From positions 1-43,638 of the forward strand of contig DCGN01000105.1 of NCBI GenBank assembly GCA_002315275.1: 43,638 bases of DNA, read 5' to 3'. Below the pieces are notes generated by a model, which was not told the origin of the DNA, made no database searches, and worked only from the letters and a program-made list of their open reading frames with translations. Positions 8,825 to 16,151 of the stretch are shown one piece after another; position 1 is the first letter of the stretch; each line of letters begins with the position of its first letter. This DNA comes from Clostridiales bacterium UBA1777. Lineage in GTDB: Bacteria > Bacillota > Clostridia > Oscillospirales > Oscillospiraceae. The position numbers and the translations under genes are program-made.

Positions 8825-9529
8825 TTATTCAAGCTCCTCTGCGGACGAGCCCTCCACGAAGTAGCTCACGCGGCAGGTCTCATCCGAGACGGATACGGAG
8901 ATATCATATCTGAGCATGCCGGAATCTTCTATTTCAATTATATCGGAAAGCGAAAGCTCGCTTCCCTGCATATTGAATTCGGTACGCAGACGCTCGGCCT
9001 CCTGCTCATACTCTGCTTCCGGGAGCGTGTACGAAAGCTCAACGGAGAAGGTGTTGCGGAAAATATAATGATATTCGATATCCTGCGCGTTCTCGGGTAT
9101 CTCGGCAGGAAAAACAGCGGATATCGGCTCGATCCAGCACTTGGAGACCGTTTCGTCAAACTCCATATAATAATCTTTGCTCTGCGTTTCGGAACGGATG
9201 GGGATGGAAATGCTTTCAATATAGTTTGCAAATGCGCCCACTATCATGCCCACTGTGACGATTAGGCCGAAAACCGTTGCGATAAGCTTTGCACCCTCGG
9301 GAGTCTTGGCGTTATCCGAAAGCACCGTGCCGAGGAGGCATGCCACTACGGGGACGAGCATAATGAGCAGCAGCACCACATGGAAGAGCGGTCTGTCGAT
9401 AAAAATCTTGGGATAATTCAAAACAGAAAGAGATCTGAACGTTCTCATCACGGCGAAGCAGACTATAGCACCGAGATTGAACCAGAAGAGGAGCATAAAC
9501 CTAAAATGGTTCTGAAAAAACTTCTTCAT
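8825..9529 (-). CDS. Hypothetical membrane protein (3 TM helices plus an acidic C-terminal soluble domain)
   Basis: 234-aa ORF on the same strand as, and tightly packed between, the AraC and hydrolase genes. Hydrophobic segments at about aa 10-30, 50-70 and 85-105. I recognise no family. Confidence 0.6.
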   Translation of the reverse strand: MKKFFQNHFRFMLLFWFNLGAIVCFAVMRTFRSLSVLNYPKIFIDRPLFHVVLLLIMLVPVVACLLGTVLSDNAKTPEGAKLIATVFGLIVTVGMIVGAFANYIESISIPIRSETQSKDYYMEFDETVSKCWIEPISAVFPAEIPENAQDIEYHYIFRNTFSVELSYTLPEAEYEQEAERLRTEFNMQGSELSLSDIIEIEDSGMLRYDISVSVSDETCRVSYFVEGSSAEELE

Positions 9530-9553
9530 GTTATGTGTGTTTCTCCTTGCATA

Positions 9554-10357
9554 TCATAGCTTGCGGAACTGCGACGGGGTAAGGCCGGTCTGGCGCTTGA
9601 ACACCCTGCAGAAATAGTAAAATGAGGTGAAGCCGCATTCCTCGGCTATCTCGGAGATCGGCTTTCTGCTGTACAGCAGAAGGTCCTTCGCGTGAGAGAT
9701 GCGCACGCTGAGAAGATATTCGAGCGGAGACTGGTGCACTACCTTGCGGAACAGCCTGCGCAGCTGAGATTCGCTTATGCACATCTGCTCGGCGATCTCG
9801 CCGATGTAAAGCTCGGGGTGCATATAGTTTTCGCGGATGTAGGACACAACGCCGTTGACGAACGCTATATCGGAGCGGTATGCGCCGCTGTCGCTTACGC
9901 GAAGGAGCATTCCGAAGAGCTTATATATCTGCGCTCTGCATTCAAGCAGACTGTCAAGCTCAAGGCCGTCCCACAGCGCGATGATATGCTCAAAGGTGCG
10001 GCGTATCTCGGAGCCCTCCGGATGCATTACGAGCGGGAGAGGAAAACCTTCAAGCCCGTTTTCATCCACGGTTTCAAAGTCGATAACGTAAAAGCTGTTC
10101 TTCGCGGAAAGGCTCACGCCTGCATAGCGCAGATCCTTCGGGAACAGAAGCACGTCACCCGCTTTTGTGAGGATAGAACCGGCCTCAAAATCGTAGCGGA
10201 TGCTGCCCTCGACAATGTAGATAAGACCGTTTGCATAGCGCGGCATTATCTCGGGGCGTGACCAGTCCGTCTGCGTGCCGAAGTAGATAGTATGGATGCG
10301 TGAAATTTGTACATCGATGTTCGGATGGCGACCCGAACCGGGAGCGTTTTTGACCAT
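9554..10357 (-). CDS. AraC-family transcriptional regulator (cupin sensor plus HTH)
   Basis: The C-terminal double HTH (ISEIAEECGFTSFYYFCRVFKRQTGLTPSQFR) is classic AraC. The N-terminal half is cupin-like. I prefer the start at ATG 10357 (MVKNAPG) because GGAGGA lies 8 nt upstream. The upstream candidates (TTG 10426, ATG 10411 and 10408) have no RBS and fall inside a promoter-like element. Confidence 0.85.
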   Translation of the reverse strand: MVKNAPGSGRHPNIDVQISRIHTIYFGTQTDWSRPEIMPRYANGLIYIVEGSIRYDFEAGSILTKAGDVLLFPKDLRYAGVSLSAKNSFYVIDFETVDENGLEGFPLPLVMHPEGSEIRRTFEHIIALWDGLELDSLLECRAQIYKLFGMLLRVSDSGAYRSDIAFVNGVVSYIRENYMHPELYIGEIAEQMCISESQLRRLFRKVVHQSPLEYLLSVRISHAKDLLLYSRKPISEIAEECGFTSFYYFCRVFKRQTGLTPSQFRKL

Positions 10358-10406
10358 TACGGCTATCCTCCGCGCATCAGACAATTCTATCGCTGAACTT
10401 TTTTCC

Positions 10407-10435
10407 ATCATAATAAGTTGAAACAATCAAGTCAA
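10407..10435 (-). promoter_or_regulatory. Candidate sigma-A promoter for the AraC gene string
   Basis: On the minus strand: TTGACT (10435-10430), a 17-nt spacer, then TATGAT (10412-10407). Confidence 0.4.
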
Positions 10436-10510
10436 GGAGGAAACGTGATGCTACAAGAAATCACGGCATAAGACAAATTAAAAAATCGCGCAAAAAACGG
10501 CGATATCTAA

Positions 10511-10540
10511 AATGATGCGCGAAAAATACAAATAATGCGC
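10511..10540 (+). promoter_or_regulatory. Direct repeat AATGATGCGC / AATAATGCGC, candidate AraC-type operator
   Basis: Two 10-nt copies (9 of 10 identical) start 20 nt apart at 10511 and 10531, immediately upstream of a weak -35/-10 pair. A related AAAAATCGCGC lies at 10481. Confidence 0.35.
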
Positions 10541-10551
10541 ACAATGTCTAT

Positions 10552-10579
10552 TTACGCAGAGAGCTTTGTTATGTATGCT
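10552..10579 (+). promoter_or_regulatory. Candidate activator-dependent promoter of the GRE operon
   Basis: TTACGC (10552-10557), a 16-nt spacer, then TATGCT (10574-10579). The RBS GAGGTG and ATG 10615 follow. Confidence 0.3.
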
Positions 10580-10614
10580 GATAACATGAGATCTTTGTTT
10601 TGAGGTGACCGCCC

Positions 10615-12822
10615 ATGAAAGGAACCTTTAACGAAAACCGTCCCTTTGTGGAATATGAATATCAGCGCCCGCATTACATCCCCGAAAGCGGCCTTCCCGC
10701 CGATGAGCTGCAGCTCGCGCTGAGAGACTATATAAACGCAAATCCGGATCTGCCGATGCCTATCCTCCGCGCAAAGGCGTTCGATTTTCTGCTTCGGAAC
10801 GTGCAGATCGAGATTAATGAGCATTCGATGTTCTGCGATAAGCTCAACCTCGGCATAGACTATTCAGACTATGCGGGGCAGGACATCTTTGCCAAGGAGA
10901 TGTATCACCGCTTCCACCGCGAGGTTTTGAGCCGTGTGATGCCCGAGGACTTCGCGAGAAGAAATCTCGCCGAGGAGACGGGCGTGTGCACCGCCGATGC
11001 GGACTTCTGGCACACGCTGCCCGAATGGCCGAACCTTCTCAAGCTGGGTATGCCGGGGCTTCTTCAGCGCGCAAAGGATGAAAAGGCAAAGAAGAGCGCC
11101 GCGGGAGAGCTTTCCGAGGAGCAGAAGCTTTTCTACGACTCCGTTATCCTCTCCTATGAGGCCATAATCAGATACATGAACCGGCTCCTCGAAGAGTCAA
11201 AAAAGCACGATGTGCCGGAGTTCACAAGGTGCCTCGGCAATATTATTTCCGCTCCCCCCGCGAACTTCTACGAAGCCATCGAGCTCACGCTCATTTTCAT
11301 GAACGTTGAGGAGATAGGCGTTGAGCGCGCGAGAAGCCTCGGCAGATTTGACGTAAACTACATTGACTTTTATAAAAACGATCTTGCAAACGGCACGTAC
11401 ACTCTCGACGAGATAAAGGATATGCTGCGCTACTTCTATATGCGCCTGCAGGCTGCGAGAAGATATGCCGACCAGCCCTTTGCCATCTGCGGCCTTGACG
11501 AAAACGGCGAGGATGCAACGAACGAGCTTTCGTGGCTCGTGCTCGACGTGTATGACGGCATGGGCATCCACAACCCGAAGATACACGTATGCGTCAGCGA
11601 AAAGACACCGAAGACCATCATAATGCGCATTCTTGACCTTATCCGCCGCGGAAACAGCAGCTTCTGCCTTATCAACGTTGAGACGGCGATAAGGGGCTAT
11701 GAAAAGATAGGCATTTCCCGCGAAGAGGCGCAGGTGTTTGTCCCGTTCGGCTGCTATGAGCCCATTCTCATGGGCAAGGAGGAGCCGATGATAGGCGCGT
11801 CCTGGCTCAACATGGCCAAGGCCGCAGAGCTCGTCATGAACGGCGGCACCGATATGGTCACGGGGGATACTATGTTCTCCTCAACTCCGCTCGACTTTGA
11901 AAGCTATGAGGAATTCGAAAAAGCTTTTTATACGCTCCTCGGCGATATAATCGAGTTTACGAAGGACAACATCCTCAAGCAGGATGAGTACCATATGCTC
12001 ATCAACCCCTCGCCCGTCTATTCCGGCACGCTTACCTCCTGCATGGAAAAGGGCAGGGATATTTTCGACAGAGGCACAAAGTATCACAACACGTCTATCA
12101 AATGCTGCGGCATTGCGACCGTTGTTGACTCGCTCCTTGCTGTGAAGGAGTTCGTTTTCGAGAGAAAGCTCGTCAGCTTTGCCGAGCTGCGCGGGATACT
12201 TCTCAACAACTGGGAGGGAAATGAAAAGCTCCGCCGCATGATACGCCTCAGCAGGAGAAAGTTCGGCAACCATTTCGCCGAGGCCGACAGGCTCGCAAGC
12301 GATGTTTACAAGTTCTGCGCAGAGCTGATAGTGGGCAAGAAGAACACCTCCGGCGGCGTTTTCCGTCTCGGTACGGACACGATCACGAACTGCGTCGTTT
12401 TCGGAAGACGCATGGGACCCACGCCCGACGGCAGATTGACCGCCGAGGCAACGAGCAAGAATTTCTGCGCCTCCAACGGCATGGACAGAAACGGCGTTAC
12501 CGCGCTTGTCGAGTCTGCGACTGCGATGGATGCCACCGACTTTGTCGACGGAGCTGTGCTTGACTTTATCCTGCACCCCTCGGCCGTTCAGGGAGAACGC
12601 GGGCTTGACGCGATGTACAGCATGATAAAGACGTATTTTGATAACGGCGGCTACTCGATCCAGGGCAACGTTATGAACGTTGAGGAGCTTATCGACGCGA
12701 AGGCGCATCCCGAGAAGTATCCGACGCTGCAGGTTCGTGTGTGCGGCTGGAACGAATACTTCGTTGAGCTGTCTCCCGATATGCAGGACGAATTCATCCG
12801 CCAGCTTCAGAGGGTGGAATAA
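10615..12822 (+). CDS. Glycyl-radical enzyme, PFL2 / dehydratase-lyase type, function unknown
   Basis: 735 aa. C-terminal glycyl-radical motif QVRVCGWNEY (Gly711, nt 12745-12747). Thiyl loop FGCYEP (Cys380, nt 11752-11754; Glu382). The Cys-to-Gly spacing is 331 aa. Confidence 0.9.
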   Translation: MKGTFNENRPFVEYEYQRPHYIPESGLPADELQLALRDYINANPDLPMPILRAKAFDFLLRNVQIEINEHSMFCDKLNLGIDYSDYAGQDIFAKEMYHRFHREVLSRVMPEDFARRNLAEETGVCTADADFWHTLPEWPNLLKLGMPGLLQRAKDEKAKKSAAGELSEEQKLFYDSVILSYEAIIRYMNRLLEESKKHDVPEFTRCLGNIISAPPANFYEAIELTLIFMNVEEIGVERARSLGRFDVNYIDFYKNDLANGTYTLDEIKDMLRYFYMRLQAARRYADQPFAICGLDENGEDATNELSWLVLDVYDGMGIHNPKIHVCVSEKTPKTIIMRILDLIRRGNSSFCLINVETAIRGYEKIGISREEAQVFVPFGCYEPILMGKEEPMIGASWLNMAKAAELVMNGGTDMVTGDTMFSSTPLDFESYEEFEKAFYTLLGDIIEFTKDNILKQDEYHMLINPSPVYSGTLTSCMEKGRDIFDRGTKYHNTSIKCCGIATVVDSLLAVKEFVFERKLVSFAELRGILLNNWEGNEKLRRMIRLSRRKFGNHFAEADRLASDVYKFCAELIVGKKNTSGGVFRLGTDTITNCVVFGRRMGPTPDGRLTAEATSKNFCASNGMDRNGVTALVESATAMDATDFVDGAVLDFILHPSAVQGERGLDAMYSMIKTYFDNGGYSIQGNVMNVEELIDAKAHPEKYPTLQVRVCGWNEYFVELSPDMQDEFIRQLQRVE

Positions 12823-13706
12823 TGGGCAGGATCGTCGGAATAAAGCGCTTCGAGATACACGACGGCGACGGGATACGCACTACCGTCTTTCTCAAGGGCT
12901 GCCCCCTTGAGTGCCGCTGGTGCCACAATCCCGAATGCATCAGCCCCAAGCCGCAGCTCGCATTTTTGGAAAAGAAGTGCCTCGACTGCGGAGAATGCAC
13001 AAAGATATGCCCTGCGCACACGATGAAGGACGGGAAGCATGTATATAATCCCGGCCTCTGCACGGCCTGCGGAAAATGCTCACCGATCTGCCTCGGAGAG
13101 GCGCTTCGCTTCTACGGCGAGGAGATATCAGTTGATGACCTTATGCCGAAGCTTTTGGAGGACAGGCCGTTTTTCGAAAGCTCGGGCGGCGGGGTTACCG
13201 TTTCGGGAGGAGAGCCGCTCATGCAGAGCGAATTTGTAAAGGAGATACTCACGAGACTGAAGCGGGAGGGCATCAATACCGCGCTCGACACCTGCGGCTT
13301 CGTACCCAAGGAGACGATGGCATCTGTCATCGGCCTCGCGGACACGTTTCTCCTTGATATAAAGGGCTTCGACGAGAGAAAGCACATTCTCGCCACGGGA
13401 AGACCGAACGGTATTATTCTTGAAAATCTGCGCATGCTGAACGAGCGCGGCGCATCGGTCGAGATACGTATCCCCTTCGTGCCGAAGTATAACGGGGACC
13501 AGATAGACAGCATAGGCAAGATGCTCGGCGAACTAACGTGTATAAAGCGCGTAAAGCTTCTTCCGTACCACGATTTCGGCAACAGCAAGTATTCTCCCAT
13601 CGGCAGAACGCCCGAGGTCATGGAGATCCCCACGGAGGACGAGATACAGACGGCTCTTGCGGAACTGAGAAAATACGGCCTCAATGTCGAGGACGGCAGA
13701 GAATAA
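12822..13706 (+). CDS. Glycyl-radical enzyme activating protein (radical SAM)
   Basis: 294 aa. CX3CX2C motif CPLECRWC (nt 12900-12923). Two ferredoxin-like clusters, CLDCGECTKICP and CTACGKCSPIC. SAM-binding GGEPL. The start overlaps the GRE stop by 1 nt (TAATG). Confidence 0.9.
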   Translation: MGRIVGIKRFEIHDGDGIRTTVFLKGCPLECRWCHNPECISPKPQLAFLEKKCLDCGECTKICPAHTMKDGKHVYNPGLCTACGKCSPICLGEALRFYGEEISVDDLMPKLLEDRPFFESSGGGVTVSGGEPLMQSEFVKEILTRLKREGINTALDTCGFVPKETMASVIGLADTFLLDIKGFDERKHILATGRPNGIILENLRMLNERGASVEIRIPFVPKYNGDQIDSIGKMLGELTCIKRVKLLPYHDFGNSKYSPIGRTPEVMEIPTEDEIQTALAELRKYGLNVEDGRE

Positions 13707-13768
13707 TGGCAATAATCGCTTGATGCCTATATTGAAAAACACAGAGTCGATACAGTCAACTATAATAT

Positions 13769-13798
13769 AACCCGAGGCAGCTTGGTCTGCTTCGGGTT
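13769..13798. terminator. Hairpin terminator between the convergent activase and FAD-oxidoreductase genes
   Basis: Stem aacccgaggcag / ctgcttcgggtt (one G:U pair) with a 6-nt loop and AT-rich flanks on both sides. Confidence 0.6.
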
Positions 13799-13802
13799 AT
13801 AT

Positions 13803-15050
13803 TTATTGCTTTATTGACGCCTTGTAATCTCTGAAATCGTCTATTCCCGGCACTATGGCGCCGGTTTTTGAGAGCTCTTTTCTCAGCTTGTCCGTAGGCA
13901 CATCAGCCATGCTGCCGATACCGTCCCTGACGGCGATGGCGGCGGCGAGGCCGGCGGCCTGACCGAGAGCCATGCAGGTGGCCTTAACGCGAAGCGCGGA
14001 ATTCGTGTCTCTGTCGGTCGAAACGCATCTGCCCGCGGCGAGCACATTGTCAAGCTTCTCCGGAACCATCGCGCTGTAGCGAAGAGCGGGCGTTGCGCCG
14101 CTCGTCAGATATTCTATGCGCGACCCACCCGTATCGAGATGCACGTCCACAAACCAGAACGAATAGCACACCGTGTCATCAAATAAGCGACCTGACTTAT
14201 AGTCCTCTATGGCCATGCAGCTTCTGCCGACTATCCTGCGGCTTTCCCGCGCTCCCGCGGAGGGGGCAATGCCGATTATCTGCGCGGGTGCGTTTGCCCT
14301 GCGAAGCTCCTCCATGCGGTCAAACACCGTGTGCAGAGCCTGAATATCGCCCTTCGTCTTTGCAAAGCTATCGGCGCAGTTATAGCCCGTGATATGGTTG
14401 CGGTTATCGCCGCGGAATTCAACGAGCTCGGATACCTCGGGTGAGGATGGGTCGGAGACGAACGGATAATAACGCATCGTACCGGGCTGAATGCTGCCGT
14501 TTCCGTCACCAACGATAGTTTCCGCGCCTGCGAGGGAGCAGAGAACGGCGTCGGCAGTGCAGTCGATATAAATCTCTGCCGTAAGCTCTGTGAGACCCTG
14601 CGCGGTGGAGATGATTGCGCCTGCCACGCGTCTGCCGTCCGTCTCGACCGATACAAGGCTCTGGTCGAGATAGATGTCAGCGCCCGCTTCGGCAAGCATG
14701 TCCGTCATGCATACGGCGGCCGCAACGGGGTTTACCTTCACGTCATACTGCCAGTGGCAGGTGTACGGCGCGTCCATATCGGGGATCTCGGCGTAACCCA
14801 TCTTCTCAAGGCGGCGGCAGAACTCCCAGCCTATGCCCGCGATTATCATTTTCTTTTCCGTGCGGAACGGATTGTTGAACTGGCTGACGCAGTTGTTGCC
14901 GAGCACCGTCATCACTCCGCCGGGAACGGCGTATTTCTCTATAACGGCAGTGCGCGCGCCGCTTCTTGCCGCCTGAACGGCGGCGCAAAAGCCTGCGCTT
15001 CCGCAGCCGAATACTATTACATCGTAGTGAGCGCCTTTTAGAATGTTCAT
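13803..15050 (-). CDS. FAD-dependent oxidoreductase (FAD_oxidored / pfam12831-like)
   Basis: 415 aa. N-terminal dinucleotide fold YDVIVFGCGSAGFCAAVQAARSGARTAVIEK. No signal peptide. RBS GGGAGG. Confidence 0.8.
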   Translation of the reverse strand: MNILKGAHYDVIVFGCGSAGFCAAVQAARSGARTAVIEKYAVPGGVMTVLGNNCVSQFNNPFRTEKKMIIAGIGWEFCRRLEKMGYAEIPDMDAPYTCHWQYDVKVNPVAAAVCMTDMLAEAGADIYLDQSLVSVETDGRRVAGAIISTAQGLTELTAEIYIDCTADAVLCSLAGAETIVGDGNGSIQPGTMRYYPFVSDPSSPEVSELVEFRGDNRNHITGYNCADSFAKTKGDIQALHTVFDRMEELRRANAPAQIIGIAPSAGARESRRIVGRSCMAIEDYKSGRLFDDTVCYSFWFVDVHLDTGGSRIEYLTSGATPALRYSAMVPEKLDNVLAAGRCVSTDRDTNSALRVKATCMALGQAAGLAAAIAVRDGIGSMADVPTDKLRKELSKTGAIVPGIDDFRDYKASIKQ

Positions 15051-15121
15051 GTCAGCCTCCCTGTGTGAAGCGTTGTCAACTTGCGTGGAATGTACATTGA
15101 CTTTTCAAGGCGGTTTCTTTA

Positions 15122-15151
15122 TTGTTATCCTGCAATTAAGGCGAGTATAAT
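15122..15151 (+). promoter_or_regulatory. Candidate sigma-A promoter of the eda-kdgK operon
   Basis: TTGTTA (15122-15127), an 18-nt spacer, then a perfect TATAAT (15146-15151), 33 nt upstream of ATG 15185. Confidence 0.45.
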
Positions 15152-15184
15152 AGATGAAAGTCAAATTGTAAAGGAGAAATACAG

Positions 15185-16141
15185 ATGGACGCATATAAGA
15201 GAATTGAAGAGATCGGCGTAGTTCCGGTCATTAAGATACCGAGACCCGACATGGCAGAGAAGCTTGCAAAGGCTCTTCTTGAAGGCGGCATTTCCACTAT
15301 CGAGGTCCTTTTCAGAGTTGAATCGGCGGTTGAAAGCCTTAAGAGAATAAAGAAAACATATCCCGATATGCTCGTCGGCGCGGGCACCGTTATGACTGTC
15401 AAACAGATCGACGATGCCATGGCCGCAGGTGCGGATTTCATTGTCAGCCCCGGCTACGATCAGAGGCTCGTTGATTACTGCAACGAAAAGGGCATGCCCA
15501 TCATCCCCGGCTGCTCCAACGCATCGGAGATTCAGGCAGCCTATGTGAGCGGCCTTCGCATAGTGAAGTTCTTCCCCGCGGACGTGCTCGGCGGAGAGAC
15601 AGCTGTCAAGGCATATGCGGGCCCGTTCATCGGCATGCGCTTCATGCTCACCGGCGGCATCACGCTCGACAACCTCGGCAACCTTCTCAAGAATGAAAAG
15701 ATCGTTGCCTGCGGCGGAAGCTTCGTCGCTCCCGCGGCAGAGCTTGCAGCAGAGGATTATGACGCAATAACCGCAAGATGCCGCAAGGCTATCCGTGCCG
15801 GACTCAACTTCGAGCTTGCACATGTCGGCATCAATCTCGGCAGCGCGGAAGAGGCGGAGAAGACTGCGACGCTCATTGCAAGGCTTTTCGATATGCCCGT
15901 TGACAAGCGCACAAAGTGCACCTTCGCAGGCAAGGCCGTCGAGTGCATGAATTATAAGGGCTACGGCGAGAAGGGCCACATCGGCTTCCGCACGAGCAGC
16001 ATGCCGCGCGCTATGGCATGGCTCAGGGGCATGGGCGTTGAGCTCAACGAGGAGAGCTTCCAGTACGATGCAAACGGCAATGTCACCTGTGCATACCTTA
16101 AGGACGAGATCGCAGGCTTTGCGATCCATATAGTAAAGTGA
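15185..16141 (+). CDS. eda: KDPG/KHG aldolase (Eda) fused to a ~110-aa C-terminal VOC/glyoxalase-like domain
   Basis: Residues 1-205 match Eda: IEVLFR with Glu40, Schiff-base Lys128 in RIVKFFPAD, and GGSFVAP. Residues ~208-318 (FELAHVGINLG...GHIGFRT...FAIHIV) are extra relative to the usual ~210-aa enzymes. Confidence 0.85.
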   Translation: MDAYKRIEEIGVVPVIKIPRPDMAEKLAKALLEGGISTIEVLFRVESAVESLKRIKKTYPDMLVGAGTVMTVKQIDDAMAAGADFIVSPGYDQRLVDYCNEKGMPIIPGCSNASEIQAAYVSGLRIVKFFPADVLGGETAVKAYAGPFIGMRFMLTGGITLDNLGNLLKNEKIVACGGSFVAPAAELAAEDYDAITARCRKAIRAGLNFELAHVGINLGSAEEAEKTATLIARLFDMPVDKRTKCTFAGKAVECMNYKGYGEKGHIGFRTSSMPRAMAWLRGMGVELNEESFQYDANGNVTCAYLKDEIAGFAIHIVK

Positions 16142-16151
16142 GGATCATCAA

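Noticed and set aside
10434-10471. Strong Shine-Dalgarno AAGGAGG followed by a 7-8 codon mini-ORF (GTG 10445 / ATG 10448, MLQEITA, TAA 10469-10471) upstream of the GRE operon
   Set aside because: The AAGGAGG is the complement of CCTCCTT, which overlaps the -35 of the candidate AraC promoter. The mini-ORF lies upstream of the most plausible GRE promoter. Seven codons with no conservation evidence cannot be supported as a leader peptide. It is worth checking only if ribosome-profiling data exist.
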